Source: Capsulimonadaceae bacterium
GTDB lineage: Bacteria > Armatimonadota > Armatimonadia > Armatimonadales > Capsulimonadaceae
Length of the DNA: 64,000 bases
Direction: 5' to 3'
Assembly (NCBI GenBank): GCA_965215505.1
Contig: OZ244065.1
Coordinates: 5,152,001-5,216,000, forward strand
Within the stretch, counting starts at the first letter, position 1. Each line of letters opens with the position of its first letter. A program made the position numbers and the translations under genes. Below the pieces are notes generated by a model that saw only the letters and a list, made by a program, of their open reading frames with translations, made no database searches and had not been told where the DNA came from. Shown here one piece after another: positions 1-8,755 of the stretch.

Positions 1-102
1 GGCAAATAAGCCGTGTACCGACTTCCGGCCATGAGACATCGCCGGACGCCGGGGGCGGCCCGCCGCCCCTGGCCCATCTTCAGCCCGCGCTCAGGAGATC
101 CC

Positions 103-1545
103 ATGCGACCCGTCTCCGCCACCACGATCTTGACTGCCTCCCTGCTTTGCGCCGCCCCCCCGGCTCTGTCCCAGACGCCCGGCCCGGCCTCCAACGGCAA
201 TCTGGACCTGCGGGCCGCGCCGCAGGCCGGGTACAGGCTGCTGCGCTCCGACGAAGACTGGAGCTTCCTGCGCGACCCGTCGAAGCACCGCGACCTTTGG
301 GACCCGATCAAATACGTCCCGCTGAACGTCTCGGGAAGCTCCTACGTCTCCTTCGGCGGCGAGTCCCGTGTGCGCTACGAGTATTACAGCAGCGTCGGCT
401 TCGGGCATGGGCCGACGGACCGGGATGGCTACCTTTTGCAGCGTTACCTGCTCCACGCCGATGCCCACTTAGGAACGGGCGCACGCCTCTTCGCGCAGCT
501 CGGCAGCAGCGAAGAGGATGGGCGCGCGGGCGGGCCGCGCCCGTTCGACCGGGACACGCACGATGTCGTGCAGCTCTTCGCCGATGGGCGTCTGAGCCTG
601 TCTGCGCGCGAGTCCCTGACGTTCCGAGTCGGACGCCAGCAGATGTCGTTCGGCTCCGCGCGCCTTGTCGGCACCGGGGAGGGCTTGAACGTCCCGACGC
701 GCTTTGACGGGGCGCGCGCCATCTTGCAAACCGACAGGTGGCGCGTGGACGCCTTCGACACCCGCCCCACTGCCTCCTCCTACGGCGTCGCCGACGGCGC
801 GGGCCGGTACAAACGCCTCCTCTGGGGCGCTTACGCGACGAACCCGACCCAATTCGGCCTGACCAATGGGCTTGACGTCTACTACCTGGATTTCAAGAGC
901 CGGAGCGAGACTTACACCAGCGGGACCGGAGCCGAGGAGCGCCGCACCGGCGGCGTCCGCCTGTTCGGCCAGAACGGCGCGATAGACTACAACAACGAGT
1001 TCCTCTATCAGTGGGGCAGTTTCAACGGCGGGAACATCAACGCCTACTCCATCCAGACCGACAACGGGGTCACGGCGAAGCATTGGCATCTGTCGCCGCG
1101 CCTCGGCCTGCGGCTGGACATGGCGACCGGCGACAAGGACCCGACCGGCCGCAACCTCCAGACTTATAACCCGCTGTTCGTCGCGCCTAACTACTACAAC
1201 CAGTCATCCCTGGCGGGCGTGCGGAACTTCGTGGACGTACACCCCACGCTGGATCTGCACCCGGCGAAGACCGTGGATGTTCTGCTGGATTGGGACTTTT
1301 TCTGGCGGGAGAGCCTGAAGGACGGCCTGTATGGTCCGACCGGGGCGGGCGTCCTGACGGCGGCCAACGGCAGCGAGGCCAAATTCGTCGGCAGCACCCC
1401 GGACGTTCAGGTGTCTTGGAACGTAGACAGACACGTCAGCCTGCTCGCCAACTACTCGCGCTTCTATCCGGGCGGCTTTCTGAGGGACAACCACCTGGAC
1501 AAGACGCTGGACTATGTCACGACCTGGGTGGATTACAAATTCTGA
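103..1545 (+). CDS. Alginate export family outer-membrane beta-barrel protein
   Basis: AGGAGA RBS at 93-98 before ATG 103; signal peptide; motifs YRLLRSDEDWSFL, DPIKYVPL, RVGRQQMSFGSARLVG typical of the family; C-terminal Phe (DYKF). Confidence 0.8.
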   Translation: MRPVSATTILTASLLCAAPPALSQTPGPASNGNLDLRAAPQAGYRLLRSDEDWSFLRDPSKHRDLWDPIKYVPLNVSGSSYVSFGGESRVRYEYYSSVGFGHGPTDRDGYLLQRYLLHADAHLGTGARLFAQLGSSEEDGRAGGPRPFDRDTHDVVQLFADGRLSLSARESLTFRVGRQQMSFGSARLVGTGEGLNVPTRFDGARAILQTDRWRVDAFDTRPTASSYGVADGAGRYKRLLWGAYATNPTQFGLTNGLDVYYLDFKSRSETYTSGTGAEERRTGGVRLFGQNGAIDYNNEFLYQWGSFNGGNINAYSIQTDNGVTAKHWHLSPRLGLRLDMATGDKDPTGRNLQTYNPLFVAPNYYNQSSLAGVRNFVDVHPTLDLHPAKTVDVLLDWDFFWRESLKDGLYGPTGAGVLTAANGSEAKFVGSTPDVQVSWNVDRHVSLLANYSRFYPGGFLRDNHLDKTLDYVTTWVDYKF

Positions 1546-1557
1546 GGAGGAACCCAA

Positions 1558-2250
1558 ATGAACGAGGATCAGACGCATCGAATCGTCATCACCCAGGATG
1601 GCCCCTATGTCGTCACCGGCAACGTGCCACTCTCTGTGCAGACGATCCAGCCGGATGCAAACGGCGAGTCCTGGGAATGGAAGGAGGGGCAGGTATTTGA
1701 GGCCAAGACGCAATACGCGCTCTGCCGGTGCGGCAAGTCCGGCCACGCCCCCTACTGTGACGGCACACATGCCAAGATCGGCTTCGACGGGGCCGAGACG
1801 GCCACCCGGCTGACCTTCGATGCCCAGAAGACGGTCCTAGAAGGGCCGGCGCTGATCCTGGATGACGCGCGCCCGTTCTGCGCGGTGGCCCGCTTCTGCG
1901 ACGCCGTGCGGAACACCTGGGACTCGATCCCGGAGGCTGACGCCCCGGAAGCGCGGGCACGCGTCATCCATCAGGCCACTCGTTGCCCTTCGGGCCGGCT
2001 GGTCGTCCGAGATAAAGCGACGGGGGAGATATTCGAGACGGCATTCCCGCCGTCCATCGGCGTCGTGGAAGACCCCGCCGAGGGGTGCAGCGGCCCACTC
2101 TGGGTGCGCGGCGGCATCCCGATCCAGTCACAGGACGGGACGCCTTACGAGGCGCGCAACCGGGTGACGCTCTGCCGCTGCGGTCAGTCCGGCAACAAGC
2201 CATTCTGCGACGGAAGCCACGTCGGGGCGCGCTATCAGGACGGGATTTGA
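1558..2250 (+). CDS. CDGSH iron-sulfur domain protein (two CDGSH domains flanking a divergent 4Fe-4S/Fer4_19-like domain)
   Basis: CRCGKSGHAPYCDGTH and CRCGQSGNKPFCDGSH; central C..ARFC and CPSGRL; RBS GAGGAGG. Confidence 0.9.
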   Translation: MNEDQTHRIVITQDGPYVVTGNVPLSVQTIQPDANGESWEWKEGQVFEAKTQYALCRCGKSGHAPYCDGTHAKIGFDGAETATRLTFDAQKTVLEGPALILDDARPFCAVARFCDAVRNTWDSIPEADAPEARARVIHQATRCPSGRLVVRDKATGEIFETAFPPSIGVVEDPAEGCSGPLWVRGGIPIQSQDGTPYEARNRVTLCRCGQSGNKPFCDGSHVGARYQDGI

Positions 2251-2289
2251 TGAACTCACGCAGCATACTCAAAGAAGGGAACACAGACA

Positions 2290-2625
2290 ATGCAGACCAC
2301 TACCATCGCTCAAGACCGAGCCATCGTCACCCTCATCAACACCTTCACCGTCGAGCCTGGGAGGCAGCAGGCGGTCGTTGACTCGCTCACTGAGGTGACC
2401 GAAAAGGTCATGCGCTTCCTGCCCGGCTTCATCGCCGCCAGCGTCCACAAGAGTCTGGACGGCACCCACGTCGCGAACTACGCCCAGTGGGACAGCGACG
2501 AGCATTTCCAGGCGATGTTCCAGAACGCGGAAGCGGCTGCGCACATGAGGCAGGTTTCGAGCCTCGCCGTCTCGGTCCTGCCGGTCTTGTACGCGGTGGT
2601 CTATGTGGATGCGGAGGCGGCCTAA
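2290..2625 (+). CDS. Antibiotic biosynthesis monooxygenase (ABM) family protein
   Basis: TLINTFTV.P..Q, PGFI.ASVHKSLDG..V.NYAQW pattern. Confidence 0.85.
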   Translation: MQTTTIAQDRAIVTLINTFTVEPGRQQAVVDSLTEVTEKVMRFLPGFIAASVHKSLDGTHVANYAQWDSDEHFQAMFQNAEAAAHMRQVSSLAVSVLPVLYAVVYVDAEAA

Positions 2626-3203
2626 CGCTTCCGCACCAGACGCAGCGCCGTCTCCGCAATCGCCATGGCATTCGGAGACTCGCCATCCTCAGTCGCCCCC
2701 TCTAGTCTTCCTGCCGTGTCCGGGTACAGGTAGATCATGTCGTGCAGGCCCGCGGTCAGTGTCCGCGCCGTCTCGATGTCGGGGCGGACGTACCGGGCCA
2801 TGACCAGGAGCCCGTCAACGATCTCTGCCGCCGTGGTGGCCTTCCAGACGCGCACGTTCTGGCCGTCCATGTACTGCGCGAGTTGCGAGAGGTAGATCGG
2901 CGGTGTGTAGAGCGGCAGGCCATAAGCCGTCAGAGGTAAGTCGCCGTCAAACAGCAGCCTTCCTTCCCCCGCATCCTCTACCGTCACCCGCGCTTCGAGC
3001 AGGGTGCGGAGAGCGCGCAGGCCCTCGGTCAGCGCGACGACCCCCGGAATAGACAACTCCTTGACGGCGGCTTCAAACGACAGGTTCAGGCGGCGGTCGA
3101 ACAGCAGGTCCGCCGCCTCATCAAAGCGGGTGATGATCGGCCGGAGCGCGTCCTGCACGCCGGGCGGCAGATCGTCCCAGTTGTCCACATAGTCCGAGGT
3201 CAT
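2622..3203 (-). CDS. Hypothetical protein, translationally coupled to proline dehydrogenase
   Basis: ATGA overlap with upstream stop; protein-like composition, 193 aa; no recognised family. Confidence 0.65.
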   Translation of the reverse strand: MTSDYVDNWDDLPPGVQDALRPIITRFDEAADLLFDRRLNLSFEAAVKELSIPGVVALTEGLRALRTLLEARVTVEDAGEGRLLFDGDLPLTAYGLPLYTPPIYLSQLAQYMDGQNVRVWKATTAAEIVDGLLVMARYVRPDIETARTLTAGLHDMIYLYPDTAGRLEGATEDGESPNAMAIAETALRLVRKR

Positions 3204-4123
3204 TTCACCAAGTTCCGCAGGATGAAGGCGACATTAGCGGGCCGCTCGGCCAGCCGCCGCATGAAGTACGGATACCAGGACGCGCCGAACGGGACGTAGG
3301 CGCGGACGTGGTAGCCTTCCGCCGCCAGGCCCTCCTGCAAGTCGCGCCGGATGCCCAGCAGCATTTGGAACTCGTAGCGGTCGTTGTCCACGCCGCTCTC
3401 GCGCACGAATCGCTTGGCCTCGCGCAGGATGGTCTCGTCCTGGCTCGCGATGGCCGGATGTTCCCCGTGTTGCAGCAGCAGCTTCATCTGGCGGACATAG
3501 GCCGCATCCACGTCTGCCTTGTCCGGGAAGGCCACGGCGGCAGACTCGGCATAGGCGCCCTTGACCAACCGGACCGGTATCTTCTCTTCAATAAGCAAAT
3601 CCAGGTCGGCGTCGGTGCGCCGCAGATAGGATTGCAGCACGGTCCCGACATTTGAAAACTCCTGGCGCGCGGCCCGCACGATGTCCAGAGTCCTCTGCGT
3701 GTAGGCCGAGCCTTCCATGTCCACCCGGACAAAAGCGTCCCGGTGCGCCCGCGCCGCCTCTAGAACGCGGAACAGGTTTTGGGCCGCCATGGCGTCGCTC
3801 AGGTCCAGCCCCAGCGCGGTCAGCTTGATGCTGATGTAGGGGGAAGGCAGGCCCGCCTCGGCGACGGCGTTCAGGACCTCGATGTAGGCGTCCGTCGCCG
3901 CCCCCGCCTCCTGCTCGGTGGCGACGTTCTCGCCCAGCAGGTCCAGGGCCGAACCGATCTTTTTCTCCTGGAGCCGACGCGCCGTGGTCAGCGCGTCCTC
4001 CAGCGTCTCGCCCGCGACGAAGCGTTGGACGATGCCTTTGGACATCCCGTTCTGGACCAGAGTCCGCTTGATCGTATCATTGTCGGCCAGCGCCAGCATC
4101 ACGGCGCGGCTGCTAAAAGGCAT
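3200..4123 (-). CDS. putB: Monofunctional proline dehydrogenase
   Basis: RFVAGET, LDLLGE, SIKLTALG, RVDMEGS, RLVKGAY, EFQMLLG, YFMRRLAERPAN. Confidence 0.92.
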   Translation of the reverse strand: MPFSSRAVMLALADNDTIKRTLVQNGMSKGIVQRFVAGETLEDALTTARRLQEKKIGSALDLLGENVATEQEAGAATDAYIEVLNAVAEAGLPSPYISIKLTALGLDLSDAMAAQNLFRVLEAARAHRDAFVRVDMEGSAYTQRTLDIVRAARQEFSNVGTVLQSYLRRTDADLDLLIEEKIPVRLVKGAYAESAAVAFPDKADVDAAYVRQMKLLLQHGEHPAIASQDETILREAKRFVRESGVDNDRYEFQMLLGIRRDLQEGLAAEGYHVRAYVPFGASWYPYFMRRLAERPANVAFILRNLVK

Positions 4124-4216
4124 GGATTCAGTCTTTCTAGTTTCTTCAGCCCGATCTCCTGGGCCGGGTTTCTTACGCCGGGTGCGCGCGAAAGGTTCCT
4201 AACCCGCCTGCCCTGG

Positions 4217-4244
4217 TTGACACGCCCTGCGCGATGCGTATAAT
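4217..4244 (+). promoter_or_regulatory. Sigma70-type promoter for the ThuA remnant
   Basis: TTGACA-16 nt-TATAAT. Confidence 0.65.
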
Positions 4245-4275
4245 GGGGCATCATCCTATGACATGGGAGAACCAA

Positions 4276-4664
4276 ATGATCCAAATACTGCTTCTGACCG
4301 GCGAGAACACCCACGGTTGGCATTGGCCCGCCCCCCTCCTGCGGACGATCTGTACCACCGACTGGCCCCTGTCCCGCCGCCCGGCACTCCCCATCACGTC
4401 CTGGCGACCGCCTACTCGGCCCCCGCAACCGGAGGCACGGGACAGCATGAGTCGATAATGACAGTTCCAACCTACGGCCAAGGCCGCATCTTCCACCAGA
4501 TCCTCGGCCACGTCTGGCCCGGCGACCCGGCCCAGGACCCAGGCTCCGCCATGACTTCGCTTGAAAACGCTGGCTTCCAGGCCACGCTGCTGCGCGGCGC
4601 GGAGTGGGCCGCGCCGGGTGAGGTGACTGATGGTTTGCCGGTCGAGCCGACGGTGCGCCCTTAA
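4276..4664 (+). pseudogene. ThuA-like (trehalose utilisation domain) gene with internal deletion and frameshift
   Basis: N-term MIQILLLTGENTHGW..PLLRTI in one frame joins C-term DDLYH..VLATAYS..GGTGQHE..YGQGRIFHQILGH..FQATLLRGAEWAA in another frame at ~4345. Confidence 0.75.
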
Positions 4665-5137
4665 AACCCGAGAGAAACCCCGTAGTCAGCGTTCACGACT
4701 CGCCAGACCTTGGCCGGGATGACGCCGAGCCGGTTCCTATCCTCGCGCGCCCAGTGGAGCGTCACGTCATGCTCATAGAGGACCCGCTCGTTCGCCGCCG
4801 TCACGATGCGGAGGTGGCTCGTCGAGGTCGCCGTGTCGCCCTGTACGCTGACGACCGGGATGGACTGCGTGACCCGAATCGCCGTGTCGCCCTGCACCTT
4901 GTCCAGCAGGAAGCGGAGCTGGGCCGGGCCGGAGACATTCGAGTCGTGGTACTTCTCCGACACGATCCGCATGACGCCGCCGACATCGTGCGCCTCCCCC
5001 GCCGCGCGAGCGGCTTCGAGCTGGTCCGTGATCTGGACCTGGTCGGGGACGTTCGGCGCGCGCAGGAGGATCACGCCCAGCGCGACCAGGCCGAGTACCA
5101 GCGCGAAGGCGAGCAGGACTTTGGAGGAGGATTTCAT
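4661..5137 (-). CDS. Membrane-anchored NTF2/SnoaL-like protein
   Basis: N-terminal hydrophobic helix; A...D..G.M..VS..Y.D, VSVQGDTA, WRVV pattern; ATGA overlap with upstream gene. Confidence 0.6.
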   Translation of the reverse strand: MKSSSKVLLAFALVLGLVALGVILLRAPNVPDQVQITDQLEAARAAGEAHDVGGVMRIVSEKYHDSNVSGPAQLRFLLDKVQGDTAIRVTQSIPVVSVQGDTATSTSHLRIVTAANERVLYEHDVTLHWAREDRNRLGVIPAKVWRVVNADYGVSLGF

Positions 5138-5895
5138 GGCCGCGTGTCCTTTCGCGACTGGAGCCGCCAGCGGAAGTTGAGTGGTCCGATGCCATAGGTC
5201 AGCGAGACGGGCGGCACATGGTAGACGCTGATCCGGGGCAGGCGCAGGGGCGGGTCGTCCTGGCGGACGCGCCCGAACTCGGTCGTCACCGCCTGGGCAT
5301 ACCCCGCCTCGCCCGCTATGTCCTGCACGGCCTCGCTGACACTGCCATAGGGGTAGCAGAGCGTCGTGATCGGCGTCCCCAATCTTTGCTCCAGGGCGTC
5401 CTTGCTCTCCCCCATCTCCCGCCGCGCCTCAGCGGGGCTGAGTTCTGCCAGCTTCGGGTGCGTCGCCGTATGTGCTTCAAACACCACGCCGCCGTCCGCC
5501 TGCATGGTAGCGATCTCGTCCCACGTCAGCAGCGGCGTCGCCTCGTAGCCGTCTGAGATCACCCAGTCGTTCGTTTTTCCGACCCGCTCAGACACGAGGA
5601 AGACGGTGTAGGAGAAGCCGAGTTCTTGGAGCAGGGGATGGACGTTCGTTCTAAGGTTCGCGTAGCCGTCGTCGAACGTCAGCAGGACGGGCTTGAGGGG
5701 CAGCGTCCCCGCCTCGGCGCGGGCGGCGGCCAGCGCGTCAAAGCTGATCGGCGTGTAGCCCGCCCGCTTCAGCATCCGCATCTGCCCGGCGAACTCGTCG
5801 GCCTGGACGTAAAAGTGTTTGTACTTCGGGGGCCGCAGGCCGTCCTCGACGGCGTGGTACATCAGGATCGGGACGGGCGTCCAGGGTGCTTGCAT
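5134..5895 (-). CDS. Polysaccharide deacetylase (CE4/NodB, IcaB-like)
   Basis: VPILMYH, LTFDDGY, HTATH, CYPYG, LPRI; start reassigned to ATG 5895. Confidence 0.9.
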   Translation of the reverse strand: MQAPWTPVPILMYHAVEDGLRPPKYKHFYVQADEFAGQMRMLKRAGYTPISFDALAAARAEAGTLPLKPVLLTFDDGYANLRTNVHPLLQELGFSYTVFLVSERVGKTNDWVISDGYEATPLLTWDEIATMQADGGVVFEAHTATHPKLAELSPAEARREMGESKDALEQRLGTPITTLCYPYGSVSEAVQDIAGEAGYAQAVTTEFGRVRQDDPPLRLPRISVYHVPPVSLTYGIGPLNFRWRLQSRKDTRP

Positions 5896-5929
5896 ATACC
5901 GACAATGATACCCAAGATTTACCGGCGCT

Positions 5930-6550
5930 TCATCGCGCCCGCAGAGGCCGCGCAAATAGCTCGTCTACAGGCATAGTCCAGCCCGGAACCGCCGGCTCCG
6001 CCTCGGCGGTGTCGCCGCGCCGGTAGACCGTCGGCACGTCCGGTTCGGTCGCACGGTATACCCTCACCACGTCCGCGCCGCGCGTGTCTACGTCCCAGAC
6101 GACCAGCGTCCCGGCGGCGAAGTAGTCCTGGGCCTTCTCCCTGATCTCCCGCTCGGCTTTCGGCCCATAGTCGCCTTTGCTGCGGACCTCGGCGGCGAAG
6201 GCCGGTGCGCCGGGCAGGAAGTCCATCTCATCGTCGCCCGCCGGGCCGGTGTACCAGGCCGCGTCAGGGCTGAATGAGCCTCTGCCCGGCAGGTCCACCA
6301 GAAAACCCACGTTGTCGCTGAAGGCGTAGCCGATGCCTTCCTCCGTCTGACTGCGCCGCTCCTCGTACTGCGACAGGCTGGAAGCGATCTTGAAGGCCAC
6401 GCGGCCCGGCTTGGCTCCCGTCGGGCTCATGCGTACCACCTCTCCGTGGATAATCTCCGCCTTGCCGTTCTCCGGCACGCGGTAGAGTTCTTCAATCGCT
6501 TCCTGCCGCCTCTCGGCCTCGGAGGCTGGTCGCATGATCGTAAGTGACAT
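5930..6550 (-). CDS. Uma2 family (PD-(D/E)xK-like) endonuclease
   Basis: AEIIHGEVVRMSP, SPDAAW, APAFAAEVRS, YFAAG.LVVWDVD, PGW; RBS GAGGA before ATG 6550. Confidence 0.88.
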   Translation of the reverse strand: MSLTIMRPASEAERRQEAIEELYRVPENGKAEIIHGEVVRMSPTGAKPGRVAFKIASSLSQYEERRSQTEEGIGYAFSDNVGFLVDLPGRGSFSPDAAWYTGPAGDDEMDFLPGAPAFAAEVRSKGDYGPKAEREIREKAQDYFAAGTLVVWDVDTRGADVVRVYRATEPDVPTVYRRGDTAEAEPAVPGWTMPVDELFARPLRAR

Positions 6551-6583
6551 GTCTTTCCTCTGCCGCAAGTATAGCACATCCTG

Positions 6584-6773
6584 CGCCACGGGTTGAAACC
6601 CGAGGCTGAGAAAAGCCCAGCGTCCAGGGGACGCAGGAGGGGAAACAGCAAGATCGCGTAGGGGCGGGGTCCCCCGCCCTCCTATCCCCGCCCTCTGCTT
6701 CTTGTCCTCTGTTCTTGTCTTAACGTCCCCTGGACGGCGGGCTTTTCTCAGCCTCGGGTTTCAACCCGTGGCG
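6584..6773. repeat. REPIN-like element: 50-bp inverted arms enclosing a GTAG-type REP hairpin
   Basis: Arm 6584-6633 vs reverse complement of 6724-6773 differ at 2 of 50 positions; internal CGTAGGGGCGGGGTCCCCCGCCCT at 6657-6680. Confidence 0.8.
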
Positions 6774-7266
6774 TCCTCGGGATGCCTTCGCGTACCAGGG
6801 CCACGACTTGCTCGTCGCTCAGTTCCGCCGTTTCCTGAGAGATGACGACGCGGCCTGCCCCCAGCCGCAGCCCAATCTCCGTCAGTGCGCGCTCTTCCAC
6901 GTCCGTCAGGCCGCCCTCCGACTCGTCCGGCAGGTGGATGACCATTCGGAACCGGAGAAGCGGCCTCTTACCTCCGCAGGCCCGTCGCAGAAACTCGCCT
7001 ATGACCAGTTGTGCTGTGTCAATGCTGCTAATCAAGACGCGGGGATGGCAGAAGGCGTCATGTATGGTCACGTCTTGTCCCACCGCCGAGGCACTCACTT
7101 CATCGCCGAATGCGACGACCTGCTCCGCGCCACTGATGGCCTGCCCTATCGCTACCCGCGCCGTTCCTTCGATCTGCGTCGGCTCACCCCGGCGCGGCAG
7201 GGCGCGCACGGAAACCCAGTGGCGACGGATGCGAATGTAGACGACCAGGCCAAAACTCAGCATCAC
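6748..7266 (-). CDS. Short MreB N-terminal-like (YjaA-like) protein
   Basis: AF.HPRVLI, EGGLTDVEERAL.E....GA.RV motifs; RBS GGAGG; stop codon lies inside the REPIN arm. Confidence 0.6.
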   Translation of the reverse strand: MMLSFGLVVYIRIRRHWVSVRALPRRGEPTQIEGTARVAIGQAISGAEQVVAFGDEVSASAVGQDVTIHDAFCHPRVLISSIDTAQLVIGEFLRRACGGKRPLLRFRMVIHLPDESEGGLTDVEERALTEIGLRLGAGRVVISQETAELSDEQVVALVREGIPRTPRVETRG

Positions 7267-7280
7267 TCCTCCCTACCGGA

Positions 7281-7871
7281 TCAGCGTATCTCCGCGATGC
7301 CCGCGCGGCTCTCGCCGACGAACAGCGTCAGCGGCCTGTCGTCCGCCCCGACGACCAGCCACCAGTGGCCGGCGAAGGTGTGTATGTCGCGGGTCCCGCT
7401 GGGCGCAAGCGCCCCATAAGGCTTCCGGGTGCCATCTTCGGTGAACTCGATGGCGTCGAACGGCAGCCGCTCACCCTCGTAGGCGTGTCCCGACGCCGCC
7501 GATAGGGCAGCGGCCAGCCGGGCGTGGTCGAAGGCCGGGGCGCGGACGCCCTTCGCCGCATCCACCAGGAGGAACTCCCGCCGCCCCCGCAGCAGCGCAT
7601 TACGATACCAAAAGCGGGCGTCCCCCCCAAATCAGTGCCGCTCCAGATGCGTCTTGAACACGCGCTGTCGCGTCATCTCCCCGTAGTCCGCTGACCGCCC
7701 GAACGACGCGGCGACCCCGGCCCGGTTGGGCCGGTAGGGGCGCGGCGTTCCCGCATGAGTGTGGACGGTAGGTTTGGCCGCGCCGGTCTGCCCCGCCAGC
7801 AGCGCCGCGCCGCTCGCCAATGTCGCCTGCTTCAAGAACCGCCGCCGCGAGATCGTCTTCTGCACGGTCAC
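7281..7871 (-). pseudogene. Tat-exported S9/DPP-IV-type peptidase remnant (in-frame TGA, internal deletion, VHL-like C-terminal piece)
   Basis: SRRRFLK Tat signal; reading through TGA (7632-7634) gives H*FGGDARFWYRN..RREFLLVDA..G.R.PAFDHARLAAALS, then YGALAP..RDIHTFAGHWWLV. Confidence 0.7.
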
Positions 7872-7884
7872 CTTTTACGCGCCT

Positions 7885-8133
7885 TTACTGCTTCAAGGGC
7901 GGCAACTCCGCCTCACCTTGGTTGAGCCATCGCTTCAGCGCGAAAGCTGCGCCCCAGCACAGAAACGCGCCCAGCAGAGGCAAGAACACTATGTTATCAT
8001 TAGGTTTCGGGGTACTTGGCAGGCTATCTCCGCCGACAAAAACATAAGCCACGAAAAGGCAGAACGCCGTTCCGGAAAAGAATAAGCCTCTCGTCAGCCT
8101 GATCATCATGATGAACCACACCCTACCCCTCAT
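7885..8133 (-). CDS. Small two-TM membrane protein
   Basis: Two hydrophobic segments; lower GC; start uncertain (8133 or nearby ATGs). Confidence 0.45.
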   Translation of the reverse strand: MRGRVWFIMMIRLTRGLFFSGTAFCLFVAYVFVGGDSLPSTPKPNDNIVFLPLLGAFLCWGAAFALKRWLNQGEAELPPLKQ

Positions 8134-8134
8134 G

Positions 8135-8734
8135 TCAGATCCCCTGTTCCTCCTCAAACTCGATCAGCGCATAGATGTCCGCCAGCGGCAGCGTCGTCTC
8201 CACGGAGGGGAGGTACACGCCGCTTCTCAGACCCGTGATGACCCGGAAGTCCCAATGGTCGCCGTTCAGGCTGTAGTGAAGGATGCGGGCCTCATCCTGC
8301 ACCACCAGCAGATAGTCCGCGAGGGTGGGGATGGTCTGGTAGTGGTCGAACTTTTGGCCCCGGTCGTAGTCCCCGGTAGAGTCCGACAGCACTTCGACGA
8401 TCAGCAGAGGGTTCGTAATGACATCCGTCCTGCCACGGTGGTAGCGGCGCGGGCCGCAGACGACCGATACGTCGGGCAGGGTGTTCACGCCGTCGCCGGT
8501 GTGGACCTTCATGTCCGAGCCATAGACGCGGCACCGGCGGGGAATCAGCGCGATGCCGAGTGTTCGGACGATATTACCGGAGATCATGTTGTGGTCATCC
8601 GTGCCGCCGGCCATCGCGCGGATCTCGCCGTTCACATACTCCCAGCGGCCGAAGGCGGTGCGCTCGAACTCGAAGTATTCGTCTTCGGTGTAAGTCTCCT
8701 TTTCGATCTGTTGGTATCGCAGGGGCAGTGCCAT
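8135..8734 (-). CDS. Uma2 family endonuclease
   Basis: EYVNGEIRAMAGG..DHN.I, SDMKV, PDVSVVC, NPLLIVEVLS.ST..YDRG.KF. Confidence 0.92.
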   Translation of the reverse strand: MALPLRYQQIEKETYTEDEYFEFERTAFGRWEYVNGEIRAMAGGTDDHNMISGNIVRTLGIALIPRRCRVYGSDMKVHTGDGVNTLPDVSVVCGPRRYHRGRTDVITNPLLIVEVLSDSTGDYDRGQKFDHYQTIPTLADYLLVVQDEARILHYSLNGDHWDFRVITGLRSGVYLPSVETTLPLADIYALIEFEEEQGI

Positions 8735-8755
8735 CGGGTGTTTCCTTCCAAGCCA

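Noticed and set aside
7632-7634. In-frame TGA as selenocysteine or recoded Trp
   Set aside because: TGA is a normal stop throughout the window and the gene is also internally deleted; a TGG-to-TGA mutation is simpler
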